From Paraspadella gotoi (taxonomy: Eukaryota; Animalia; Chaetognatha): a stretch of DNA of 64,000 bases. The notes below the pieces were generated by a model, which ran no database searches, was not told the DNA's origin, and was given only the letters and a program-made list of their open reading frames with translations. Shown piece by piece: positions 13,757-26,355 of the stretch; position 1 is the stretch's first letter, and the number at the start of each line of letters is the position of its first letter. Both the position numbers and the translations under genes were made by a program. The DNA is taken from positions 2,207,601 to 2,271,600 of the forward strand of contig CM119269.1 in assembly GCA_051294375.1 (NCBI GenBank), read 5' to 3'.

Positions 13757-14254
13757 TGCCCAAAAAAAAAATTTAACGAATTTACATATAATGATACATT
13801 TTTAGTTTCGCCGCGAGTACTCGCGGAAGTTACTACTATGTAGAGAAGTCACTTTTCTGTCGGTTTGTCTGTTCCATTTAAATATCAATGGTGAACCACA
13901 ATCATCTGCAAATGCTTTAACTAAGGCATCGAGGCTCTTGTTTCTTAATCGTGACCCTATGCTACTCCAAAAATCTTGTTCATATTATTGTGAAAGCTTA
14001 TTTATGTAATTGTTACATCGAGGATAAAAAATCATTTTTAAAAAATATTTTGAAGCCGAGCTTAATGAGTGGCATTGTTGGCCTAAAGTGAACTAACAAC
14101 AAATATTTATCGTAAAAGCTTAATACTGCATGACTGTTTATCGCTCGAGTTCAAGTAAAAGTAGTGCTATATGCTTGAAATTTATTTATAATATTTCATA
14201 CCCAATCAGGCCAAGAAAATTAATATTTATTTGCAAAAGACAAAAGCTAAAAAG

Positions 14255-17105
14255 TTAAAACGGAACATCTTTGACGAATCTTCGAAACATTTCGTAGGCT
14301 TGTCGCGGCTTGTCGCTCGGAACCATGTGTCCCGCTCCCTTGACGGTCAGAAAGGTGATTCCATCAAATTGCTTGACGAAACCCGCGATTTGATCGTAAT
14401 TCATCTCGTCCTGACGAAGCAAAAATGTTAATATTAACATCCAATTATCTAAAATAGTTTTCACCCTGCTGATTTTTAGTGTCAACTGTAAGGATTGTCA
14501 ATCCAACATCCAACCATAAGTTTCTCAATAATCAGTGCTCACTTTAACGAGCCAGGGTCTTCGTTCGACCAAGAGCCTTCTCGCAAGACTCTCGACGAAC
14601 CACTGGTCTCCCAGGAAGTTGCAAGCCATATCTATGTCGCCGTTGTAGACGAGAATTCGCGGCTTCTTTCTAGACGAGAGCAGCATTTTGTAAATGTCAA
14701 GCATCGTGTCGTACTCGCGGTGGTATTCGGCGCCGACCACGTTGCTGCAAAGTTCCCAGCTGGGGAGGTGGGGCGCGATATGCAGAGCTGGTAATAAAGG
14801 AGTGGTAAGGGTTTATACACTAGTTCCCGGGCAGAAATATCTAAGCAAATACTTTTTAGATTCAAATTTATAAGTTGTAGCATATTTCCTAATTAAACAA
14901 TAGCAAAACTGGAAGCGCTCAAGCTATCCTAATCGATCAACATCTCAGTTTAAAACCTGTCCTGACGGCGGCGGAGTTCATGTAATTGTCAATGGACGTA
15001 TCGTTTGTGCATGGCGGCGACAATTTTACAGACACGGTCGCGTTACGGGTCAACTCCAGACGATGCTTTTGATACTGAGAAAATCGAACGAAGAAAAAGA
15101 CACAAAAGTTAGCATCAAATTTAAACCAAGTTTGCGTAAAGGGGCCGGGTGAAAATACCTTGTGTATTAAATAATTGTTCCTAAACAGATTACCAAGGTC
15201 ATGAGTTTCATAACGATTTCCTGAAGGGAAAAATGAAAAGTACAATTTAAAAATACCTTTTTTAACATTAAATTAAAAAAATTACCGGAACTAGTAGGTA
15301 GTAGGGGGTTATTTAAATCGACCCCTCCGGCGCAAGGTGAAAGAATGTTGTACATATTTATTCCTTCACTCATTACTTGCATTTGGACACCGTGCAAATC
15401 CAACCTTCGAATGACACCAAACGATTATATCAAGAAAGCAATAATCAAAGAAAAGGTGATGACTCACCCGCAAGCCGGGAAAACTTTGGCTCCGGCTTCG
15501 AAGTTACACCCAGCCTCCTTTCCGCCGCAACATTCGCTGACAAGACGATGCCAGGTGTGGGGGCCGATGAGGCCGTGGTAATACCAAAAGTATATCGCGG
15601 AGTTGTCGTTAACTTCGAAACTGCGGAGAAAAACATCGCGATGATAATAATATCAATGTAGAATACTGAACGCATTATTATATTATATTATTATTATATT
15701 AAGTTTATTAAGTTTTTTGCATCTAGAAAGAAAGCCTGGAGCTTAACACCTGCTCAAACCGTTGCCGATCATTAGGCCAGAAAAGTTAATCTCATTGTCA
15801 AACACGACTTTTGCGGAAAGAGTTGGCACGTAGATTCCAGCATAGCTTTCACCTAAAACAATAAGCCAATTCGTCATTATGTCAATTCACAATTTTAAAC
15901 TAAAGTTTGTAACGACTTTGTAACAACATCGTATGTACCGGTAATGAAAAACTTGTTCGATTTGTATTCGGGAAACTTCTGAAAAAATGACTTGATGGCG
16001 GCGTAATTCGCGTCGGCGACTTCCTTGTCGCCCGTAGTGTAATTTCTGTCGTCCGAATAGGAATATCCCACCCCTGTGAATGTCAGCATTTTGTTTTTAG
16101 TTTTTTTTTATCCTTTTAAGTTCGCAGTAATGTCGTTTGTTGAAATTTTTGATCATGAAAATATTAAATTCTAAGTAATTACTGCTATGCGCGGTTCTTC
16201 AGATAGGGCGAAAAAGAAAATCGAAATGTAGCATCTATGGAACTATGGACTATGAAACCATAAAAATCTGAAAGTACACTGTCTGGAGGAAGGACAAGGG
16301 GGTTCGTAAAATTTTTATAAAGCAAGGTTTTTTAAAACTGCATCTTAAGTTTTAGTTAATTTTTTTATTAGTTTTGCAATAAGCTTAATAGTAAGTATAT
16401 ATAAATTCTATATGCCTCACTCAAAATCTAAGCCATATTATTTTCTCGGCTGTCGAGATAAAAATTAAAACTGAAAATAAATTAACTTATCATTGAAAAA
16501 AAAGTACTTTAGAATAATTTTATCCCCCCTCCCGATTTTCTTCGCACTATCTGAAGAAACGTGTATGCCGTTATGCAAGTGTTTTTGTGGAACCTGTTAC
16601 CTGCGGGCGCTTCTATATAGAGCATGTTGGCAATTAAATTCCATGAACTCGGATTGTATTTTAAGGTAACGCCGTCGTCCTAATTTCAGTCCGAAAATAA
16701 AAGCATATTAGCCGATTCATAGGACAATGAATTTATGGTGTTCAACCTGAATCATGAAGGGTCCGTGCTCCTTGAGCATGCCTTCCATGGAGGAGCATCC
16801 CGGTCCTCCATTAAACCAAGTGACGAGAGGGTCATCGGTGGGCGTATCACTCTGAGATTCGGCGAACCAGTAATGGAGCTTCCTGGTTCCCGTCGCCTTT
16901 AAATATCCGGAATACGTCCTGGGCAAAACGAAAACAATTTTTGAAAATGGAAAATTTAAAAAATAACAACCGTTGACAGGAAAAAAAGGCCCCACCTGAA
17001 GAACGGTTGCTTGTCAAGTCCCGGGATTTCTCGGACCAAATCCTCGGCGGGCGCCGATACGGCGCCGTTTAAAGCGGCAATTAACAAAAAGATAACGAAA
17101 AACAT
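14255..17105 (-). CDS. CTSA: Cathepsin A / lysosomal protective protein (serine carboxypeptidase S10)
   Basis: Signal peptide, YSGYL...[31 protein letters not shown] nucleophile split by an intron, [21 protein letters not shown] and [16 protein letters not shown]. Confidence 0.95.
16188..16565. mobile_element. MITE in CTSA intron
   Basis: ttcttcagatagggcgaa...aaaatcg / cgattttcttcgcactatctgaagaa inverted termini. Confidence 0.65.
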
Positions 17106-17731
17106 TTTAGTTGTGGCGTTTTGATCGAACGACGCGATTACGAGGATGAAAAAACGCCCCCAGAAAAGGACTAGAAGAAGAGCAGCTAAAAAGAGAAGAC
17201 AACCGAGATAGTAGGTATTGTTTATATCTCGTTTCCTCGCCTACTTCGAATTGGGCAAAGTTCGATAACAGAGTTCGTCACAAGTTCGTTACAACACGTG
17301 TGAGGATTGCGTCTTGAAAGATATAAAATTAAAAAAAAACAATTATTTCATTATTAAAATTGCGAGTAAAACCGATTTCGGAAATAAAATTATTTTATAA
17401 ATGTTAATATAATTTTTTTCTAAATTACCCAAAAAAAGCGGCAACATTTAAAGATAATAAATAATTATAAAAACATTGGGATTAAATAGAAAGCATTACA
17501 TAGGGTGGTAGATCAAAGTATAGAAATATATGAATACTAAATGCATATTGTATACGGCTTAAATAGTCTATTTAATATAGTGTCATTAGGCATATGTTGC
17601 CTACAATAAATATTCCCACTCAAGAACAAAATCAAACGGCATATATTTTTCACGGAATGTGGACCAGCCACAGAAAAATCGAGCAAAGCGACGTTTGAGG
17701 GAATAGGTCATCTTATCAGCTCCCAGCGAGG

Positions 17732-19449
17732 CTAGGTATCCCCGGCATCCTCTGAATTTCTTAGCCTCAGCTCGATGCCCTGCACGTGCGCCCAAATTGC
17801 GTTGGCTTCAAAAGTGGAGAGGATGAGCGCATGAAGGACGAAGGCGGCACCGAGGATCAGCACCGCCGCGTGGAGGACGGCTCCGATGGGGGAAGCCACG
17901 TCGAAGATTGAAAAATATGGAAGAAACTTTGGAGGGGAGGATGAGGAATGGTGGAAGAGAATGAAGAGGGAGACCACGACGATTACGACCACGGAAGCGC
18001 AAAAGACGCGATCCTTGGAGATTTTTTTCAATCCGTCCTTTAATTTTCCCAGAGTGACTTGAAGGAGTTCTGTGATGGAAAATGAATGTGGATTGCGGAG
18101 AAATAACCATTCAACGAGGGTAGACAAAGTAAATCGTTTCTACCTCTCAAATGGTCATCGACTTTGACATCTTCAACCGAGTTGCCAGGGCCTTCATGGT
18201 CAGTTTGCTTCTTTGAGATAACGAGAGTTGCCTCAACTCCTTCGTGGTCGGAGAGGCTCACGACGCGACCATCGGGAGCAGCGCCTTTCCCTTCAAGCAC
18301 GCGGCAGGCTTCGCACGAAACGTCATAAGAGGATCCACCTCTGCGATGGGGAAATAATTCATAACACTTGGGTACTTCAATTTGGGTACTTCAATTTGAG
18401 TACTCGATGAATTAACCTGTACATTATGTAATCTATGCGGACGCCTTTGGGATTGTCTTTCAGCGTCTTTGCTTCGACGTAACTATTAGAAGGAATCTCG
18501 CAAGTGTTCCCGTCCTCGTTGCCGAGTTCATGGTGGCGTTTCTTGCAACTCTCCCACGAATCAATAAGTCCTGAAGAAAACAAATTAGATTATTGTTTCC
18601 CTAACATACCCTCCTCCTTCACTTTACCGGAGTTGGCCTGCAGCAAACGATAACCGAGCTGAAATTTTTCCAGGTTCAAGTCGCCTCCCAGTACAACGCA
18701 ATCAGCCATTTTTGAACTCCAGCGAATGGCTTGACTCAGTTCGTAAACCTGAAGGTGGAGAGTATAAAAAGAAAGAAGTTTAAGATTTTCTAAATTAAAA
18801 AAAATAACGTGCATTTCTGAATCGACCTGGGCTAACCGATGTGACAAATACTCGTCGTTATCGCGGTCGTATTCCGCGTGCATGTGAGTCAGGAACAGTG
18901 AAACACGAATCCCGTTTTTTTCCAAAAGGGCGACGTTGGCAGATTTTGCGCCGAGAAAATCACCGTGGAAGAATTTATGAAAATAACCTATAACAAAGAT
19001 ATTCTACATACAAGATTATCTACGTAGATACATATATCTCGTTATATGTAAAAAAATTATGGGCAACTACACACTAACCGTTTAAGCTGTATTGATGCAT
19101 GTAAACATCTAAAATCTTGATTTTGCTGAATATACAACATCCGGAACCGACCAAACCGCTATAGTGTCAGAAAAATTTTACATTTTAAAACAGCCACTTC
19201 ACTGGCAAAGAAAGGAAAAGCTTACCTGTAATAATAGTGATAAAATCTGTAGGAACGTTTTAAGTGCTTGATCAGAGTTTGATAATCCTTCTCCCGCCAA
19301 ACCTCTTGGAACAGTAGGACATCGTGGTTTTCTTTGGCGAATCGAGTTCCGATGAGGTCGAACCTTAGCTCAAGATCGTTGCTGAGAATTCCCGGAATTC
19401 CCCAACAATTGAGGGTTAGAATTTTGAGCTCAACTTTCGAAGAAGTCAT
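17732..19449 (-). CDS. SMPD2: Neutral sphingomyelinase 1 (EEP-fold, C-terminal TM helices)
   Basis: LKILTLNCWGIP, DVLLFQEVW, THMHAEY...YLSHRLAQ, GGDLN, RIDYIM and SDHEGV motifs, followed by two hydrophobic C-terminal segments. Confidence 0.92.
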
Positions 19450-19682
19450 CGCATCAGCCCGACGAGGGCCTTTGAAGACCCACAAAATTAACAGGGCCAA
19501 ATGAGACAGCTGAAAAGGCCGCATCTTTCCTTCTCGCCTTGCATGGTTCTTTCAAACTGTAATGATTAGACTAAACATCGAAATAAAGAATGAAATAGAC
19601 GACGATGTTGGAAAAAAGCGAGTGGTCGAGGTCACGGATAGCAGATGGGATTGAAATTGTAGTTTATTTTTAGGTGACACTA

Positions 19683-20577
19683 TCAAACAGTCATGTCGCT
19701 TATGACACGATTGAGCTCCAAGTTGCGCCAGTCGCTTCGGAAATCGTCGAGGTGATTGTCGAAGTCAATCAGGTCACGCGCCACTTTGTTCTCGAGAAGG
19801 TTGGAGGTCGTGAAGAGCATCGTCTGTTCGTCAGCATTGGACGACGTCTTTTGCTCTCGCCACTCCTGGTCACCAACTAAACCAAAAAATATATGAGTAT
19901 CACTAACATTTAACTTTTATAAGTGAATCTAAAAAATAGAATATTCACAAAACATAAGGACTTAATGCAACCTTACCGCTGACAAAAAGTCGATAAGCGA
20001 GGGACTCCGCGATGGGGGATACTTTCTTGTTGTCAATCATGAGCAAAACGGATCGAGAAAAGTAGGAGTTGATTTTGTCAGCAATGCGGTAAGCGACGTT
20101 GTCGGGAACGGAGCTGAAAAACCATATAGACTATTCGTTGTTTTATTATTTTTCCATTTAGAAGTTAAATAATGTTCGGATCATTGCCTGTCGTAATGCT
20201 CGTTCGCCTGATAATATCCGGCGATGACTAGACCGTGATTGGTGCAGAAAGCTTCGACCTCGTTCAAGGCGATTTCCAGCATCGGCGCCAGACCCAATGC
20301 CTGATAGATGAAAAAAGATTTTAGCTAGAGGTAATCGGTGTAAAGAAAAAAAAGTTCAAATAATAAATCTAACTTGATGAAATAACGGAATGGCGTCGGT
20401 AATATGTAACGGAGTCTTGGCGTCAACGGAGGCGGTGGCAACATCGTCCTCCCCTTCTTCCTTGGCCTTTTCTTTGGGCGCCTTGGCCAGCAGGAGCCCG
20501 TTGACGGCGGCGTGGGGATACTTGGCGGCGTGAAGAATGAGTTTGCAGTAGGCCTGCAGCGAGAGGCTAGTCGACAT
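19683..20577 (-). CDS. EMC8: ER membrane complex subunit 8/9 (UPF0172)
   Basis: [47 protein letters not shown] and [17 protein letters not shown]. Intron 2 is GC-AG. Confidence 0.93.
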
Positions 20578-20852
20578 TGTTTTCGATTCAGGTTAATCTC
20601 TTTATTGAACTAAAATTTAACGACGGACCATCTTTTGTTTAATGATCAAATGAAAAGAAGTTGTCGCCGGGATGGAAAGAAAACACTTAACAAACATTCA
20701 AGGAAAAAAACCACTGGTAAGAATCGCCTCTGCAAAAAGCAAATCGTCGTTAAGAATAAATCAATATATGCTCACAAAATCTAATAATCTGCGGAGTAAA
20801 AAAAATTCATTCATCACGAGCGAAGTTTATAGTAAAATGAAAAATAAAATGG

Positions 20853-22460
20853 TCAAGCAAACATTTTGGCAAATTTATTCTTTTCCTTCTGCTTTTCTTG
20901 TTCGTATCTCTGTTTGCACTTCATCATCTCTTGGTTCATTATTTTGGCGTTGGTCTCGTCGGGCTGATGGTTCAATCCCTGTCGAGAGTAAAGCGAAATA
21001 TAAGCGCCAGTATGTACCTCATTAATCTCGATAAGCAACTAACTTTCTTCAGTGTCTCGAGAGCATCTTTGAATTCTTTTAACTCTTGCAAAGCAGAAGC
21101 TTTTCGGTAATAGGCTTTGCTGTTGTTGGGGTCCAGACCCAAAATGTAATCGCAATGTTTGATGCACTCCCGAAATTCCTTCAGCTTTAGACAGCACTGC
21201 GAAATGGGGGCTGGAAACTTTAAAAATACATCTGCCAATATCTCTGAAGCCCGAGAATGCCGACCTGCGCCAGGTTGCTGTAGACGGGAACGACGCAGAT
21301 TTTGTTGAGATTCTCCTCATCCTCGGGCGTGAGGTCCGGCCTATTTTTGGCGTATTCCACGTAACGAAGCGCCTTCTTGTACTTAATTGCGGCTTTGGTG
21401 AAGTCCTGGGCTTTGAATTGTGCGTTGCCGACGTTTTTGAGATCCACTAAAAAAGGACTAACGCAGCTAAAGACGGCAGACTAAAAATCACGGTAAAGCA
21501 TCGATGATTTTTTTTTTATCTTATGATCCACCTGTGATTTCGATAACTTTGACTCGGTCGGTGAGATCCTGATCAGAATCCTCTGGCCAATCATTGTACT
21601 TATCTCCGGTTCCGTCGTCAATGACTGTTCCGTCCTGTCCGACAGCGAGAAAAAATATCAAGTCTTCGGACGAAACGCATATCATTGCTATCCTTCAACT
21701 CACGTCTTCTCCGGTCTTAATCTCGCCGCATTCGTCTATAACGATGGGACTCTTGGGACAATCGTTCTCGCCTTTCTCCGTCTTCTCTATCTCCCGCACG
21801 ATGCCCATTCCCTTCAAAACCTGATAATTTAAATGCCAGTAAAAAGTCGTCAAACAGTGGGGGACGGTGCTGGCGGCTGAATTAATCTCACCTTTCCGAA
21901 AACAACGTGCTTTCCGTCCAGATGAGCTGTGGGAACGGTTGTAATAAAGAACTGACTCCCGTTGGTGCCCGGACCTTTGGAAAGAAAAAAAAAACGGTTA
22001 ATTTTTTTTACTTGACTTGTTACTGCCGTGATCAACCTCACCGGCGTTAGCCATTGAAAGAAGGCCAGGGACGTCGTGCTTAAGCTCAAAGTTTTCGTCC
22101 TCAAACTTTTCGCCGTATATACTTTCGCCGCCAGTGCCGTTGTGGTTGGTAAAATCTCCGCCTGCAACGAAGAATAAATGCGTGATAGACAATGGCAATG
22201 ATTAAATTTTCATCGTGCATAACCGGTTTCCTTTTCCGATCACCTTGAATCATAAAGTCCTTGATTACGCGATGAAACGTACAGCCTTTGAAATGCCGCG
22301 GCACGCCGGACTCAGTATTCCCAGACTCGCCAGTGCAGAGGGCGCGGAAATTCTCGGCTGTCTTGGGAACGACGTGGGCGTAAAGTTCAAAGACAATCCG
22401 ACCGAGGTGTTGACCGCCGATGGAGACGTCGAAAAAGGCGCGCGGATTTTTCGATGCCAT
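20853..22460 (-). CDS. PPID: Cyclophilin-40 (PPIase plus TPR)
   Basis: [51 protein letters not shown] and [10 protein letters not shown], then TPRs KNVGNAQFK...KYKKALRY, ending KFAKMFA*. Confidence 0.96.
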
Positions 22461-22530
22461 ATCTCTTTGTTTTTTGTTTGGTTTCACTACTATCACTACT
22501 TAAGGGTCTCACCACAGCGGTAAACGGTTC

Positions 22531-23521
22531 CTAAAACAAAAAAAAACGTCGATAGAAACTCGATCCCGTCACTTCCTGGGCATGATCGTCGTAAGGGGTC
22601 AACCCCGCGGCGGCGCAAGAAACGTCTGCCGCCAACGTATCGAGATCGACGTCAGTGACTGACACCTTCGCCAGCTTTGCCTCGATCTCTTCCATCTTCC
22701 TGCTTCGTCCAGAAGCCATAAACCCCTTGGACGGCGTCGGCGACTCTTTCGTCGAACGCCGCGCCCACAAAAGGGCTGCCGCCAAATCGCGCTGTCGGGA
22801 TACGATTTCGAAACCGGACTCGACAGATGTCGTCTCTCCGTCGTCCTGGAGAAGGACGAGGTCGTCGTAGAGTCCGAGCCAAAGATCGGCGCTGAGCGGG
22901 AGAAAGCTGAGTAGTCGTTGAGTGGCGAGGACGCAGGCTAGGGGATCACCAAGTCGACGGTGAAAAAAAAGTTGCAGGTTGAAGAGGGCAATTTTTTGTG
23001 CAGCAGTCGAGGCGAGAGTTTCCAACTGGCCAAAAGTATTTCAATTTAAAAAAAATTAAACGAAATTGGTTTAAATATTGCCATTCACCAACCTCATTGA
23101 GAATTCTAGCCGCTTCGTCTTGCTTATCTAAAGCCACGTAACAACGACATTGAGATTCAAGAACATCACGCAGCAACGTTGTGTTTCTTCGAGGAATAAG
23201 GCGTTCGCATTCTTTAAATTCCATCAGGGATTTCCTGTTTGTAATGCGAAATTTTACTAATTTACTAAGAGTTCCTTCCTAAGAGGCGATAAATATATCT
23301 TACTCTATTTTCCCGAGCAGATATAGAGACTCCCCCCGGTATTTGTGAACGATCATTCGATCGGCATCGTCGAGTTCTGGCTTCGACGCCTCGACGTCCA
23401 TAAACCACTTAGGCCGACAGAGTTTAGCGTTGTAGGCGGTGGGCAGGGTGGACCGCCTTGAGGAAGGCGTCGCCTCATCGAAAGACTCGTCGGCGAAGAC
23501 GCCGATCAAATCCTCTTCCAT
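22531..23521 (-). CDS. C8orf76-like TPR protein
   Basis: MEEDLIGVFADESFDE...YNAKLCRPKWF...KYRGESLY...RDVLESQCRC resembles the N-terminus of vertebrate C8orf76 (Y.AKLC.P.WF; RDV.E...RC). Confidence 0.75.
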
Positions 23522-23597
23522 TTTTCCGAGGAATAAAAAATGCCTAGGAAAAAGGTAGCGTGTATAAAAAACAAGATAACAATTCATGATTAAGACA

Positions 23598-24086
23598 TCA
23601 GTCGATCTCTTCGATCTTTTTTTGGGGCGGTTTCGGTTCCGACGAATCTTCGTCGTCGTCCCCTTCTTCGTCGTCGTCATCTTGGTCGTCGTCATCACTC
23701 TCGCTGTCGGAGTGGCGCTCGAACAATCCTAATGTCATTTCAACGACACTTTTTCCAGCCTCGCCGTTTTTTTCGACCTCTCCATTCGCCGTTTCCATTT
23801 CGTCTCTTAACTCGATGCCAACGTTTTCGCCGCTAGCGATTTGCTCATCTAATCGCCGATTGGCGGCCTCCATGACGGGAAGAAACACCTTCAAGCGGTC
23901 CTTCAACGAAGTTCGGGGCTCTACTCGAAATGTCCGGGGCCCATCCCCCTCCGGAGCCGTCAAGGCCGACTTGATGCGCTCGTCAACGACGAAACTCTTG
24001 GGAAATGGAATTGCTAGCGGCGACTCGAGACGAAGCAAATCAGACGACGACGTCGAAGACTTCGGAGGAGTAATTCCTTCAGACAT
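23598..24086 (-). CDS. NOPCHAP1: NOP protein chaperone 1 (C12orf45/DUF4598)
   Basis: Single exon with SLKDRLKVFLPVMEAANRRL, VVEMTLGLFE, an acidic tract and a KKIEEID* end. Confidence 0.82.
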   Translation of the reverse strand: MSEGITPPKSSTSSSDLLRLESPLAIPFPKSFVVDERIKSALTAPEGDGPRTFRVEPRTSLKDRLKVFLPVMEAANRRLDEQIASGENVGIELRDEMETANGEVEKNGEAGKSVVEMTLGLFERHSDSESDDDDQDDDDEEGDDDEDSSEPKPPQKKIEEID

Positions 24087-24237
24087 CTGACGCCGAGAAC
24101 GAGTAAAATCAAACCCAAAAAAAGTTAACAATTATAAATTAATAAAAAGTATTTAAAAAGGAAATGGAAGTCGACGCATAATGGGCGATAGTGGATAAGG
24201 CAATGGACTAAGTTTTCTTTTCTTCTCCTTTTCGACC

Positions 24238-26116
24238 CTAGTTGTCCCCGGCTTCATCGTTCAAAGTTTGCCTGTCAAAAAAATCCAGACTTTTCTTGAC
24301 GCCGGGAAAGCAAACGTTGTAGAGCGGATGAGTGGTCGGAAGGCGATTCCATCCGTCGCCTAAGTGAATATTTTACCAAGTCAATTTTAACTTTTAGAGA
24401 TTTAATGAATTTTTTTTTTTTTTTTTTTCCGAAAAGAAAACAGAGCAAACAAATAATTGCAGGAATGGTTGCAAAAATAACTTATGTCAACAATAAACGA
24501 GAACAAATAAGGGGAAGATAAAAATGAAAAAGAAGAAGAGATCGGGAGACAAAGTCAAGCAACTCCGTCCACATGAGACGGCAACTCAATCACGGGACTT
24601 CGGGAAGCGAGCAGGTCCCCGTTTAATGAATTTAGGATATCCGGTCGATGATCACTTACCAACAACGACCGAGCCACCAGGGGCGTTTTGAGCGACAGAA
24701 AGACCGCTGAGGCAGTAGCAGGTGTGATAAAAATCTCGATGCTTCCCGGGCTTGTCGATTAACCCTCCGTTGGGATGTTGGCAGCAGGCAAGAAGATATT
24801 CCTGCAACGCCTCACGATTGAAAAGCCACGAGCCAACGTCGAGCGCCGCGTCGGCCTGCGACGCTAGAGTGGCGTGTATCAGGGGAAAAGCCCCGCCTTG
24901 CCAGAATGAGTAACATCTGAAAAGGTTAGGTGATTATGTAATATGTATTGTGAGATAATCCCCCCCCCCTTTACCGACCCGTCGACCATTTTGTTCGTCC
25001 GACCCTGGAATCCTCCCTCGAAGCGCATTTGCCGATTGACGAGCCACCGCACGAATCCATCCAAATCGCACAGCCTTTCCTTGCCGAGGATGACGAGAGC
25101 AGCGAAGGCGCAAAAGGAATATCCGCCGTGCGCCTCCATGCCCGGCGCTCCGGCGAAGCCACCCTCGTACGTTTGGCACGATAGAACCCAGTCGCCCGTC
25201 CCGCGAAACATTGGCTAAAAAAGAGGACAATTTTTAGTATAAACGTCAAAAAAGGAAAAAAACGAAAGAGCAAAAACCTCGTCGATAATTTTGGTGAGGT
25301 GGGCAACTGAGGCGGCGCAATAAGCACCTCTGACGTCCGTTTCTCCCGTTTCTTCCAGCTTGAAGCCGCCTAAGAAGATTGTATTATGAACATTCCTTCT
25401 TAGACTCAATATGCAAATAATTTCCAATGTACACGCAAGGTCAGCCTGGTCAGTTTTTTTAGTTCTGGCACAACGTTAACAAAGTAACGCTCGCTCCACC
25501 AACCTTCCTCTACTAACCCGTTTCAGGATCACGCATGCGTCGAAGAAATGCTGCCAGACCCGTTCGATCGATGACCCTCAGAGCCTGGTCAGACCCTATA
25601 CTGCAGAGTGCGTTCACGGCCGCATAGGTTGGCGCAAGGTGGGGTAGCTGACCCGGTCCGCCGCCGAACCCGCCGGCTGGGTCCTGACATCTGACGAGGA
25701 AGTTCACGACGTTCGCCTCTTCCTGGTCGGTCAGTGACGTCTCCAACAGGCGGAGCGAGTGTATGATCCAGTAGCATAACCAGGGGCGACTCGCGTCCAG
25801 GCATTCGTAGGACTCGGACAGGCGAAAAAGACCTTTGCGTAAAAACGCCACGTGTTTCTCGCGCTCGAGGGTGGGAGAAGTTGGGTCAATAGAAGCAACG
25901 CGGCCCAAAAGAGTGAAGTGACTGGCCACGGACCGCTCAACTTGCTCTTGCTCCGAGGAGGATGTCGTTTGGAGACTGTAATTTTTTTTGTTTTCATTTT
26001 ATGCTGGGCTGAGGCGAATATCATCTTCAAACTCACCCTTCGCCGTTGAATTTGAACCGCGAGTGATCGGATCGCAGGGCAAAATGGGAGACGGCGGGAG
26101 GAGGCGAGGAATTCAT
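24238..26116 (-). CDS. FNTB: Protein farnesyltransferase beta subunit
   Basis: YECLDASRPWLCYWIIHSL, GGFGGGPGQLPHLAPTYAAVNALC, CQTYEGGFAGAPGMEAHGGYSFC, RQMRFEGGFQGRTNKMVDGCYSFWQ and DKPGKHRDFYHTCYCLSGLS. Confidence 0.97.
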
Positions 26117-26355
26117 TGCACGGGACTCAATTTGGTTTTAAATGTAGAAGGAAGTTTTGACCTAAACGACTGAATCGTCGTCGAAGACTTTCATATCCTT
26201 TCAATTCCTAACAAGAGTTCAACAGAGAAAATTTAGGAAAAAAAAAAAAACAACGAAATTTCCTCTCCTACGTATCTATGCAGAAAGAGGGAAAGCATGG
26301 AAGATGAGAACCATAAGTTCTATTATTCTTAGGTCTTCGGGAGCGGATGTGTCGA

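Noticed and set aside
20114-20187. GC-AG introns in EMC8 (20114-20187) and CETN3 (49138-49226)
   Set aside because: They appear real, but two among roughly a hundred introns is within the normal range for this minor variant.
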